64,000 nucleotides of DNA from Eledone cirrhosa (taxonomy: Eukaryota). The DNA lies in assembly GCA_964016885.1 (NCBI GenBank), contig OZ024740.1:335854001-335918000 (forward strand), written 5' to 3'. Of the stretch, positions 1 to 12,000 are shown piece after piece. The stretch's first letter is position 1; every line of letters begins with the position of its first letter. The position numbers and the translations under genes were made by a program. The notes under the pieces were generated by a model. It searched no databases, was not told the DNA's origin, and saw only the letters and a list, made by a program, of their open reading frames with translations.

Positions 1-2398
1 TAGCTTCCTAGTCTTCCTATCCATTTCTTTTTGCTCAGCAACATTCCATTTTAGAATTCCCGCACTGTACCTAATAATAGACACAGCTCGGGAATTCACT
101 GCACTTATGACATTCCTACTATTTAGATGTGATTTTAATACGCTCCTTACTCTCCTAATGTACTCAGATCTTATCAATTCCTTTATCTTTTTTGTTCTTG
201 ATGTCATCTGCCTCAAGAACACCTAAATATTTGTATCCTTCTTCAGTGTCAATTTCCTTTATCATCTCACCTGTTGGTACCTGGATTCCGTTGCTTCTGC
301 TCAATTTACCCCTCTTCATCACTAGAACTCCACACTTATTAATACCAAATTGCATACATAAATCACTGCTGAAAATACGGACAGGGTCAACAAGTATATC
401 CAACCCCTTCTCACTGTTCCCAAAGAGTTTAAGATCGTCCATGAAGAGGAGGTGGTTGCTGGTAAGCTCTCCTTTTCCCAACTTGTATCCTGCTCTTACT
501 TTTCGCAATATAATGATCAGGGGTATCAGGGCAAGGACAAATAACAGAGGGGACAGACTATCTCCCTGGAAGACACCTCTCTTGAACTTCACGCCTCCCA
601 AGGATTCTCCACCCGATATTAATTCTGTTTCCCAGGACTTCATACTTTTGCTCAAAAACTGTCTGATGTTATCTGCCACCTTGAAGATTTCTAGGCTTTT
701 GGTTATCCAAGAATGAGGTACCGTGTCGAATGCCTTTCCATCCCATGGCAAGACCATCTTATCAATAAGTAGCTGGTCTTCTGTACCACGGGACTTCTTT
801 CGGCATCCTTTCTGTTCGTCCGGTAACAAGTTGTTTGTGTGGAGGTGATGGTAGATTTCCTCAAACACAATGCTTGTTAACAGTTTCCACATTACGGATA
901 GACATGTGTTAGGACTATAGTTGGTAACATCATTACCCTTGATTCGATCTTTCATTACCAGAACTGTGGTACCTTTTGTCAACCACTCTGGTACCTCACC
1001 CGACAGCAAGCAGTCATTGAACATGGTTGTCACTTTCGGGTGGAGGGATGTTATATTTTTAATCCAATACCCCTGCACACCATCTGGCCCTGGTGGTTTC
1101 CAGTTGGTTAGTTTTCTGACCTGCCCTTTAAGAGTTTCAACTGTGATACTTAAATCAGTTTGTTGGTGTGCTTGTTCACTAATCATTATGTTCAACATCC
1201 TGCTCCTATATTCCTCTCCAGAATGTCTTAGTCTGTTCCGCCTCAGGGATCAAGTCGTTGCCTCTTTCTTTCACTTCAAGCTGCCCAAACAACATCTTCT
1301 GGTTGTTGTCAAACATGCAGTTCTGTCTATACTGACTGACTCTGCTCTCATACCGCCTAATCTTGGCTCTCTTTGCTACAATGCGTTGCTTCAGTTCCTC
1401 TATGATAATATTTAGCTTTTTCCACATAGTTTTGTACTTTATTTCCAGTCTATTTTTAGTGTCTATGTTTTGTAGGGACTCGAGCTTTCCAATGTCATTT
1501 CTCATTTCCCTGATTCAGTCGTTTCTTCCACCAAGGTTATGATATTTCTTGTTTGTTGTTTCCTCTCGTTTTTATGCCGAGTCATTTCCTCACCGCATTT
1601 GCTGTTGCTTTGAGGATATTGTTGCATTGGTGAAGGTTCCTCGCTTCTTTTAACATTTTCCTGTCTACAAATCTTAGGTTCATAGGTTTCCCACTATCAT
1701 TGTTCATTTCATCTACCACTAAGTTTAGGATATCAACCAAATCTTGTCCTAGCCAGTCAGCATCCATTTCCTCAATGGCCGCATCTTTGTTCCAGATGTT
1801 ATTTATGTCAGCATTCAGATCATTGTCTGCTTCAGATGCTTCCTCCGGTCTCACAACCTCTTCACCTTCATTTCCCACTGGCTCGTTTGCCTGGTATACT
1901 CCACTCTCCATTTCCAACCTAATCTCTCTGCTCAGTTCCTCCAGTTCCAACTCGCTTATCCATTCATTACTTCTGATTACCCGAGCCTGCCCGGCCAATT
2001 TTTGTTCATCTAATTTAAATAAACCAATCTCGTTCCAGATGTTATGCATCCGTTTCCTATAGCCTTTTTCCTTGGGGTTACTCTTCAGGTAACATTGCAT
2101 AACAGTTCTATTCAATTCTTTCGTCCAGTTGGTTCTTGTCCCTTTCCTTCTTTTTCTTCCTCTAACACCAGCAGTATTTGGATGACAGTCAGGTCCCTGC
2201 TGCTGGGCCAGGGATCACCCGCTGGGTTGGAGTCTGTCACATGACGTTCCAGTCTCCACTTCACCGTTATTCGAACTGTTTAGGTTCGACATTTACACAC
2301 TCATATCGAGGATTGGTGAATGTATGGTTACATAACCACCGGTGATTTCATCACCCCTGGTGATTTTAGCGTGGCACCATCACGCTGTAGACGAACAT
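1..2398 (-). mobile_element. R4/Dong-clade non-LTR retrotransposon, decayed, runs off the window start
   Basis: Three consecutive minus-strand ORF pieces (1582-2115, 1206-1505, 164-1198) with RT motifs NWKPPGPDGVQGYW, GVFQGDSLSPLLF, HLLFMDDLKL, YKYLG. The 5' end abuts a TAAA/TATT run at ~2398. Confidence 0.85.
164..1198 (-). pseudogene. Reverse transcriptase domain of the R4/Dong element (frameshifted, internally deleted)
   Basis: EQKGCRK, KAFDTVPH, QGDSLSP, FMDD and YKYLG motifs in the ORF track. Confidence 0.88.
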
Positions 2399-2660
2399 AA
2401 ATAAATAAACAAATAAATAGATAGAAACTTTAAAAAATAAACATGAGTTTCATTGTAATGTTTGAATGTCTGACTTAGTTTTTTTTTGTTTGTTTGTTTT
2501 TTTCCTTTACGTTTTTCGTTTTTTAAGGTCAGTAACATCGGTTACTAGTGTTGTTGTTGCTGCTGCTGCTAAGGGAAGTAGGGGTTGTTGTGTTCAAAAC
2601 TTTTAAAATTTGTGTTTGTTGTTGCGTTCTGTTCTATAATTTTTCGACTAGTTGCTTATC

Positions 2661-2935
2661 ATTTGGTAGTATCGGTAGAGAGTCGGACACAATACCCTGA
2701 AGCACAGAGCTACGTGCCCCTACGGTCCGAGTTCAAATCCCGCCGAGGTTAACCCCGCCCCTCATCTCTACGGGGTCGATAAAATAAAGTACCAGTAATA
2801 CAGTGGAGGGTTGCTGGCCTTGTGCCAAAAGTAGAAACAATTATTAATTTTATTTTTCCTTTCATCCTTACGGGGCCGACAAAACAAAGCACCAGCAACA
2901 CACGGGGCAATTGCTGGCCCCGTGCCAAAAGCAGA
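2661..2935 (+). mobile_element. tRNA-derived SINE plus adjacent partial second copy, both T>C-rich
   Basis: A-box-like TGGTAGTATCGG, B box GAGTTCAAATCC, core GGGGTCGATAAAATAAAGTACCAG, tail CCTTGTGCCAAAAGTAGAAACAATT; second copy at 2858-2935. Confidence 0.85.
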
Positions 2936-3552
2936 TATAGTTTAGATTTGACATCGTTTAAACTAAACATTTTGAGAGAGTTTAGAAATACAACAACATA
3001 ATTATTTTGGTGTTGTTGTTGTTGTTGTTAGCTGTTTGACCGAGTCACTAACCCAATCAATTTATATCTTTTGATACCTTCCTCGCTTCTTTTCATGTGT
3101 AGCGGCACTACCACCATCCCTCTCTTAAGTGGTGAGGGAATAGGGGTGGTAGCGATGATGCAATGGCGGCGGTGGTGATGGAATAGCAGTACTATAGGGA
3201 TGGAGCTGGTTTGTATTTCGCTAGATATTTTGTGATAGTGGTGATGGTGATGGTGGTGTTGGTGGTGAAGTTATTTGGCTGTTGTTTTCTAGCCATTTTC
3301 TTTTCTGACTATAAAATTTCTGGTACAAAATTAAATATTAAATATTGGAGCCCTATGCCGTAATGTGATGCGTTGCCACTTCCTGAGTGTTAAGACTGAT
3401 ATCTCATGCTCCACTTGTAATAAGAATTATTGTATCACAATTGTTTTAAATATGTAAAAAATCAAAAACTTACGGGGGCGATTCCATAACACTCTATCCA
3501 CCATGTGCGTAACTTCCCTATTATTATTATTATTATTATTATCATTGTTGTT

Positions 3553-4042
3553 ATTCCTTGAATCTCAGTCATTGATGTTGGTTAACTGGAAAGTCCGTTG
3601 GATTGAATATCAAGCCACTACCTGCAGCCTCAGATATTCAGGACGTATCGGAGGGTTCTTGCTGTTCCAAGCAAGCATGCCTTTTGAAGCGTTCCAAAAA
3701 ACGTGAAGGGGCCGATTTTCTTTAACCATCCCTGGAAACTTTTGGAGATAGTCCCCAGTGCGCCTATGACAATCGGGATCACTTTGACTTCATGGCAGTT
3801 CCAAATCCTTTTCACCTCCCACTTTAGGTCCTGGTATCGGTTAATTTTCTCCCTCTCCTTCTCTTGCACTCTCGTGTCGAACGGGCAGGCCACATCCACA
3901 ATCAGACACGATCTTTTTTCTTTGTCCACAACCACCAGGTCAGGTCTATTGTGTTCCAGTTTTTTGTCCGTCTGTATCCTAAAATCCCACAGCACCTTCA
4001 CCTGATTGTTCTCCATCACCGCCTCTGGCCTATGCTCATACC
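3553..4042 (-). mobile_element. 5'-truncated R4/Dong element (restriction-like endonuclease C-terminus plus 3'UTR) inserted in (TAA)n
   Basis: ORF 3630-4019 reads LWDFRIQTD..HNRPDLVVVDK..IVDVACP..EKINRYQDL..IPIVIGALG..LQKACLLGT, a PD-(D/E)xK REL domain. (TTA)n flanks both sides (3519-3552, 4043-4113). Confidence 0.9.
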
Positions 4043-4060
4043 ATTATTATTAATATTATT

Positions 4061-4113
<53 letters not shown>

Positions 4114-4114
<1 letters not shown>

Positions 4115-7100
4115 GGCGACCTACGTAGGAAATCGTATCATCGTGAGCTCCGCAAAGGTTTGTTGTTTTCGTTTGTTTAAAATTGCCATTTATGGAAAAC
4201 TTTTGTTGTTAACTATTTATAAGGTCAAAAAATTTGCTTTCGGAAAAGGACATTCAAAAAGATTGGGACCTTGAGTCCAAAATTTAAACTTTTATAATTA
4301 TCAAACAAAAAAAATTTCTTTGAAAAAATCATGGACGATTCACAGTCACACCTTCCTCACAAACCAACACCTCAAACCGACACCACCATTGAAAATATTA
4401 CTACGTTTGCCAACACTAAAAATATAAGCAGTAGCAATAACTTAAATTTGTCTCATGCAGACATTCATTTCCCGCCATTATCAATGACTGCAGGTGTTGA
4501 AGCCGGCACCCGCACCACCACCACAGCGACAACAGAAACAAAAGAAAAAATAAATTATCTCGTGACATCGAAATGGTTTCACCCAGAATGGACTCTTCCA
4601 CATCGAACACCACTGACGCCACCACCACCACAACTGAAACAAAAAATAACAATAACAAAAATAACGATAACAACAACAGCAGCAACAACAATGAAAATAA
4701 GAAAACCACCCTGACTTTTGCCAGAGTAGCAAAAAAGTGCGAAGCAATCCAGGTAACTCAGGGGGAATTAGATGAAGCCAAGAGAATGGTAAAGAAAGAT
4801 GGGTACAGGGTCAGCCTCACCCCCTCCCCCACCTAATAAAATGGAGCATCGGCGCCTATGCACCGTGTCTTATCGGACGATTAACATAAAATCACGCCGA
4901 GTGGAACGGGCATCCGAGTCCCAAATCCAAATAGCTTTGGGACATGTGTGGGCCAAAAAAACCCACATCAGACGTGGGCAGAAATATGGAACCGTGGACG
5001 TGTTCTTTGGAACACCACAGGAGGCCAGAGAACACTCCATGGCCCCATTAAGAAGAGACGACTTCACACTCGTCCTAAGCTATTGTGGCCAGATACTCGT
5101 GAAGATCAGGGTGACCCACGTTCCATCGGCCATCGAAATTCCCTGGTTAATGGCTGCCGTCCTAGCCGGCATGGAGGCCAACACCAAGATAATCGAAATA
5201 GCGAAAGAAAAGCAGGAGAACTGGTCCGGATCTGGGATGGAGCTCCTGATCGAAGCCGACCAAAAAAGCATTGAGGAGATCCCAGAGGTAATAGACCTCA
5301 CTGACGGCAGCCACCTCACCGTAATTGTCGAGAGCAGAACGCTTAGGTGTGTCGTTTGTGGTGAAGGAACCCACCTAAGGGCTTTCTGCCCTCAGGCTAA
5401 AAGGTTGAGGCCACCTCTCTTACCCACCCCAGTGACTCAACCATCAACACCACCAGCAGCAGAAATGGCAACAACAACCGTAGCAGCAACAACAGAAGCA
5501 ACTGTAACAGCCACAACCCCAGCAACAGTAGCAAAACCAAGACCACCACCAGAACTAGCAGCAGCGCCTGCACCATCCACCACGCCACAACTGTGGAGGA
5601 TTTTCCATTCCCCGACCTATCGCAACTGGAGACAGATTATGACGACGAGGTGTGTGAAACGGTATCAGGAAAAAAGAAAAAAAGAAAAAGAAACCAAAAA
5701 AGAAAAAATCCTCTGCCTTCCCTCCAAAAACAAAATACTGAGGGTAACAAATAAACTATCAAACAAAAAAGTTAGGACAGCTATGCCACCATCCACACCA
5801 GCATCACCAACCTCATCACCACATACACCAACACCTTCACCATCATTAACCCCAACACTACCATCACCAACACCACAAAAGTCACCCAAAAGTGAAACAG
5901 AAACAAACCCACAACAAACGCAAACAAAACAAAACAACCAAAACGATACACACTACACAGCATTAAATTTGAACAACAAGCAGTAATACACTGTTATAAT
6001 TGCTGGCCTTGTGCCAAATGTAGAAACAATTAAATTTGAACAACAACCAATACGACACCAGCATCACAGAAAAAGACTACACAACAACCCAAAAGTTCAC
6101 ACCACCTCCACACATACAAATCACTCGCATCACACAGAAAACGTACATGACACTAAAACAAAAATTCCCCAAAGACATCGGAGACTTCCGACAAACACTC
6201 TCCGGGAGCATTTGTAAGGACATCCTTCTGGAGGAGGCCACAAGCAGTGAAAAGGATGGAGAAACCATCCTTCCTCTACGAGAAGTAAGGTAAGTGGTAT
6301 TTCCCATCTTTTCCACTCCATTTCAACATGACCTCACTCAGAATAGGCAGCATAAATGCGCGTGGCTTGGGGTCGTCATGGAAGCAGGGCCACCTGCTCA
6401 ACGACCTCAGGTCACTAAACATAGATGTAGTGGCCATCAGCGAGACCAGAATCTCCGAAGCACGGGCCTTCGTACCGATCCTCGGCGGCTACGATGTGTA
6501 CGCATCTCCCAGCCGTCCTGGATCGAGGGGGAGGAGATGCTGTGCTTTTTCGGAGAGGTTTGGATCTCGCCATACAGGCCATCTTCCTGGACCCAGAAGG
6601 TAAGTTGGTGGTGCTGGGCGTGACCAGCGGGGACGGGCAAGATTTCAGGCAAGATTTCAGGCTAGTGGCCGTCTATGCCCCGACAGGAGCAGGGCGGCCT
6701 GATTTCTTCCGGGGTCTGGAGACTTTTCTTGGAACGTCCCGCTCTTTAGTGTTAGTGGGCGACTGGAACGGGATCTTAGATGCACGCTGGGACTGTGTGG
6801 GATTAGCGGATAGGAGAGGAGGGTGTAAGAGCCTCTCTGACAGGTACCGACTGAATTTCCCGAATGTGCCAATGTGGACTTTGACAAACCGAATAGGTTC
6901 ATCAAGATCATATCTAGATAGAGTATTTTGTAGGGAAATAGATAGGTCTAACATAGGCTGTCCACAATTCAAGATAGTCAGCTACACAGACCACAAATTC
7001 GTGATCTGTGTGCTTGACATAGATAGGCTTCATAGACGAAGACCCGGTTACTGGAAGCTAAACGCATCCTACCAGCGCGCAAAGCCTACAGAGATCGGAT

Positions 7101-7650
7101 TAGCGAACTAGTTAAGCGGGCGTTGACGGGGGGCATCGTGAACAACAAGTGGTGGTTTGCTCTGAAAAGAGCGATTAGAATAGAGTCCATTAGGTTTAGT
7201 AAGGCTTTAGCAATAGAGAAAAATAGAGCAGAGGGAGAAGTAGTTAGATAATTAGACGAGGTGCTTAGCAAAGGCATCGTGACCGACGTACTTGCGGCGA
7301 AATTGGCCCTTGACCAATTCTTCAATGCAAAGTACGAAGGCTGCGTTGTCAGAGCTAGGGTGCGTGCTCTCAGGCACGAGGGGACGAAAGCCGTTCAATG
7401 GGCCCGAGTGGCAGAGGCGCGTCGTGGCAACAAAGCCACGATCCGGTCTTTGGTGGACCACGACGGGCGAATGCTACTCGATCCCGGGCAAATATGTGAA
7501 GCTTTTCAGCGACACTTCGCTCAGCTGTTCGGGGGCAGCGGCGGGCCGGATCGAGGGATGGACTTTAGTGTCTACCTCGAAGGACTGCCGCGGCTCTCGG
7601 CCACTGAGGCGGAGTGTTGCGAAAAGCCGATAACAGCCGCTGAAGTATGG
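4114..7650 (+). mobile_element. Tx1/L1-clade non-LTR retrotransposon (family D), 3'-truncated, frameshifted
   Basis: ORF1 pieces (4573-4836, 4799-5986, 6036-6293) include a CCHC knuckle CVVCGEGTHLRAFC. ORF2 from 6328 has APE motifs (SINARGL, VAISETR, GDWN, SYLDR, YTDH, PGYWKLN). Starts directly after (TAT)n and ends at a SINE junction. Confidence 0.88.
5980..6028 (+). mobile_element. 49-bp SINE 3' tail with 18-bp target-site duplication, interrupting Tx1 ORF1
   Basis: CAGTAATACACTG..TTGCTGGCCTTGTGCCAAATGTAGAAACA flanked by ATTAAATTTGAACAACAA at 5962-5979 and 6029-6046. Confidence 0.9.
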
Positions 7651-7770
7651 GAGTTCAAATCCCGCCGAGGTTAACTTTGCCTTTCATCCTTACGGGGTCG
7701 ATAAAATAAAGTACCAGTAATACACTGGAATAATTGCTGGCCTTGTGTCAAAAAGTAGATACAATTATTA
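7651..7770 (+). mobile_element. SINE, 3' half
   Basis: Starts at the B box GAGTTCAAATCCCGCCGAGG; core and tail match the other copies. Confidence 0.9.
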
Positions 7771-8071
7771 AAAAAAAGAATACATTATTCATTTGGACCT
7801 GAGACAGACACAGCATGGCAGGAGCAGAGAGAAAGTGAGAAAAAAATGAGAGGAAAGAACTGAGCACGCAGGTGTTTCGAAGTAAGTCCTATACAGACGG
7901 ATACAACATATAAGGGTGAGAGTAAGAGAGGGAAAAATAGAACAGAGAATGCAGGTGATGTAATATAAATTCGGAAATATATATGTGTATGTATATGTGA
8001 GTATGCGTGTGTATCTGTGTATGTTTGTGTCTGTGTATGTTTGTGTCTGTGTAAGGGTATATATATATATA

Positions 8072-8466
8072 CAATGATATTAAATAAATGGAAACTATAT
8101 TTATGAAGCCATATTTATTTTATTATATATATTTTATTATATATTATATGTTATATAATATATATTATATATGATATATTTCAAGGGTACCAAGACTATC
8201 CAGTGAATTTCCAGCCGATAAGCTATGATTTTCATTGGTACGTCTCTATTTATAAAACAAACTTTGTATTTTATCTGATGAAAGCGTACCAATGTTGTTT
8301 TGGTACCCTTGAAATATATATAATAAAATAAATATGGTTTTATAAATATAGTTTCCAATTATTTAATATCATTGAATATTTACTCCAGTACTTTGTTGAG
8401 TGCTCTAAATCAGTTATAAACATTTATATTTGTCGGACTTCCAACAAATTAAATACCCCTTCTACT

Positions 8467-8467
<1 letters not shown>
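8072..8467 (+). mobile_element. Non-coding Penelope-type element with inverted 5' arm and hammerhead, in (TA)n
   Basis: 8072-8135 is the reverse complement of ~8313-8374, and 8175-8194 of 8300-8319. A homologous copy lies at 25860-26215. (TA)n on both sides. Confidence 0.75.
8267..8330 (+). ncRNA. Type I hammerhead ribozyme (short palindromic helix III, Penelope type)
   Basis: TATTTTAT CTGATGA AAGcGTACCAA..TTGGTACcCTT GAAA TATATA TA|ATAAAATA: helix I 8 bp, helix II ~10 bp, AUA site. Confidence 0.85.
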
Positions 8468-8522
<55 letters not shown>

Positions 8523-8595
8523 GAGGGGGAGCGTGCGAGAGAGAGAGAGACAGACAGACAGAGATTTAAATAGATAGACACTGAGAGAGATTCCT

Positions 8596-8785
8596 AATAA
8601 TCATTTCTACTTTTGACTCAAGGCCAGCAATTATTCCAGTACATTACTGCTACTTTATTTTATCGACCCCGTAAGGATGAAAGGCAAAGTTAACCGCGGT
8701 GGGATTTGAACTCAAAATAGCAAGGGCCGTAACTCTATGCGCCAAAGCTGGTGTCCAAGCCTCTACCGATACTGCCAATCCACCA
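8596..8785 (-). mobile_element. tRNA-derived SINE, full length
   Basis: Reverse complement of head, B box, core and tail. Confidence 0.9.
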
Positions 8786-8878
8786 TACCAACTAACTATA
8801 TCATTGAGTAAGGAAACGGCTGAAGCTATACCGATTTTCTTCGACTATACGTAAACCTATAGGTAAATAGATAGATAT

Positions 8879-8970
8879 ATTCCTTTATTTGCCACAAGGG
8901 CGTACAAAAAATGGGATATTACAAAACGTGACGGCAGAAATTTTGACATGAAATTGTATAATCTGAATGA
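8879..8970 (-). mobile_element. ~90-bp 3' stub of a Tx1 element (family C-like) in (GATA)n
   Basis: CTTTATTTGCCACAAGGGCGTACAAAAA..ATTACAA.ACGTGACGG matches the 3' end at 19702-19751; GATA repeats on both sides. Confidence 0.8.
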
Positions 8971-8978
8971 TGGATAGG

Positions 8979-8980
<2 letters not shown>

Positions 8981-9042
<62 letters not shown>
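8981..9042. repeat. (GATA)n microsatellite at Tx1 junction
   Basis: Direct reading. Confidence 0.97.
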
Positions 9043-9043
<1 letters not shown>

Positions 9044-12000
9044 TTCTTTATTTACCATAAAGGCATAAAAAGAAGGGACAAATACAAAGGGGGAGTTTAC
9101 ATACAATCGAGTAAAAAGGGTATAAAATGAAAATAATCGAAAACAACCTCAAAAGGGAGGGGACGTGATGGGGGTTGCACACACCTCCGAAAAAGTGTGC
9201 AATCCTTTGCCCGAGGGGCACATGGAGAAGGTGCTCCCCTCTCCTTCACTTCTTTACCTACAGGATGGTATACAGAGAAGGCCCATTTACACGAGCCATT
9301 CTCGCCACTATCACCCACCTTTCATAAAACTGCCTGTGGCCAAGCACCTCTCTCTCCATTCTTATCCTTCTTCCGAAGTGATATCGGAAGAAGTAGACCA
9401 GACTATGGCCAGAGAGGAAGTTGCCTGACCTCAGACCTTTCAATCGTGTCCACCAAACAACCTCTTTCAACATGGCTATTACGCACAGAAAAACCGCCTT
9501 TGCTTCCTTTGTGAAGAGGGGAGGCGGTTTGATTGTCATCACGGACTCGGCGGTCAATTGAATCGGCGCCACCCGCGACAGCAGTCGTTCGGCGTAGCCC
9601 CACAAATCAGCCACGCCCGGACATTGCACCAATGCGTGCGCAACGGTTTCTTCGTGACGCACGCATCTAGGGCAAATCTTTTTCGAGGGATCCCTGCCCG
9701 GGCACCCGTGTCTGTAGAGCCTCTCTCGAACGGGTAGAGCCCCCCGGTAGCACTGCCAGGCTAGTGACTTCTGGAAGTTGTCCATTGGTCCCGGGCCGAA
9801 AGTCCTACCGAACAGGCTGGCCAGTTCGTCCTCCTCCATGTCCAGCGACTCTCCAAGGGTGTCATCGCCCCTGCTAGCCACCAGCCCTCTATAGAATGAT
9901 GAGGTGGATTCTCCACCGATGGCCTGGCCCGCTTGCCAGAGAGCCCTGAGCGCCTGAGCACACTCAGTGTGCCAGTCTCCCAGTTTTCCGGACCTTTGCT
10001 TGACCCAGGACTGCAGCTCGGTGAGCGAGACGAGTCTCGGAAAGGCTCGTTTCACGAACGGAGCCCACACCGGTTGACCAGTGAGGAATACCTGTAGGTG
10101 CCGTAGCCTTACTGCGTGCCTACGCATCATCAACCACGGCATCCCCAGCCCTCCTTTCGAAGGTTGTTGGCAGCAGATGGATCTTCTCACCATAGGAGGG
10201 CGCTTCTTCCAAAGAAATTGGAAGAGCATGCGTTCCATGGTGGTGAGTGTTTCCTTAGGGCAAGGCACGACAGTCAGGCGGTAGTAAGTGACGGACGCTA
10301 TGTAAATGTTCGCCACCTCCGCCCGGCCTTTTAGGGACAGCTTACACTTGGCCCATTTCTGGGTTAGTGCAAACACCTTGTTCGTAACCTCGTCCCAGTT
10401 CTTTTCCACCTGGAGGTCCGGTCCAAACCAGACCCCAAGCAGCTTTACCGGGTCCTCCGTCCAGTGTCCGACGACACCGTCGGGAGGCATCGGTCTGCCT
10501 CTCCACGTTCCGAGTTGCAGCCCGATGGATTTTTCCCGGTTCAGTTTCGCTCCTGACAACCTTTCGTAATCCTCCAGTAAGGTACCGATCTCCGAGTCGG
10601 TCGATACCATTACTGTTACGTCATCGGCGTAGGCCGACACCGCTTTGCTCAATCCTGGTTCTAGGGGGATACTCTGCAACAACTCCAACTGCCTCAGTAA
10701 AGGCTCGAGAGTCAATACGTACAGAAGGGAGGAGAGAGGGCACCCCTGTCGAATGGATCGTGTGATTTCGAACGGCTTCGAAAGGTAGCCGTTCACCTTG
10801 ATCCTAGAACAGATGTGGTTGCTATGTAAGGCAGTGATCCAGCCTCTGAAAACAGGACCGAACCCAGCCGCCGCTAGCACCGCATCCAGGTAACCATGGT
10901 CGACCCTATCGAAGGCCTTAGACTGATCCAAGTTGATCAGGGCCCCACCGAAGCCGGGTTTGTTACCAACCCTCGCTATGATGTATCGCATGAGGTGGAG
11001 GTTATCGTGAATGGACCTGGATGGGATAGCACATGTCTGCGCATCTCCCACCAGGCTACCCACGACAAGCGCCAACCTCTTTGCTAACACCTTGGCCCAA
11101 ATCTTTAACTCTGTGTTTAGCAGGGTTATGGGCCGAAAATTATTTATACTATCCCCCTTGTTCTAGTCCTTCCTCACCAGCGAGACTACGCCCTTGGCTA
11201 CAGAACAAGGAATTCTCCCGTTCTGCTGCCAATTGCAGTAGACCGCTTCGAGGAGTTCGGAGAAGAAGAGCGGCATTGCTAAATAAAGTTCGTAAGGTAT
11301 ACCATCGAGACCTGGAGATTTGCGTCTGCTGCATTGGCTCTGCGCATCTCCGATCTCATCAGCCGAGATTGGTCCCTCGCAGGACTCTGCCTCTTCGCTC
11401 GAGAGACGCGGCAGCCCGTCGAGGTATGGACCGAAATCCACGTCCCCGCCCGGACCCTCGCCTCTCCCGAATAATCGGGCAAAGTGCCTTTGAAAGGCCT
11501 CGCACATCTGCTTAGGCTTCCGGATCACCCGTCCATCCTCGTCTTGCAACGACCGGATGGTGGGTCGATTTCCACCCTTAGCTTCTGTCACGCGAGCCCA
11601 GCCAACGGTTTTGGCCCCCTCATTACCTAGAGCACGTATTTTACTTCGAATGACGCAGCCTTCGTGCTTTGCATCGAAAAAATGGTTCAAGGCCGTCCTC
11701 GATGCCAGCACTCTGGCCACATCTTCGCTCTTGATTGCCTCTTCTAATTTACCTGTTAATTCTTTCTCGTTTCTATTCCTATCGGCAGCTAACATCTTGC
11801 TATAACTTATTAATTCTGTTCTAATCTCTCTTTTGAGAGATGCCCACCATCGGTTGTTGACGATTGCACCCGTCAACCTCTCCTTAACTAATCTGCTAAT
11901 CCGCTTTCTGTAAGTCTCTTTTGCCGGTAAAGACAAATTAAGTTTCCAGTAACCGGGACCCTGTTTATGTGTTTTCTCGAGATTGACTACGCAGGTCACT

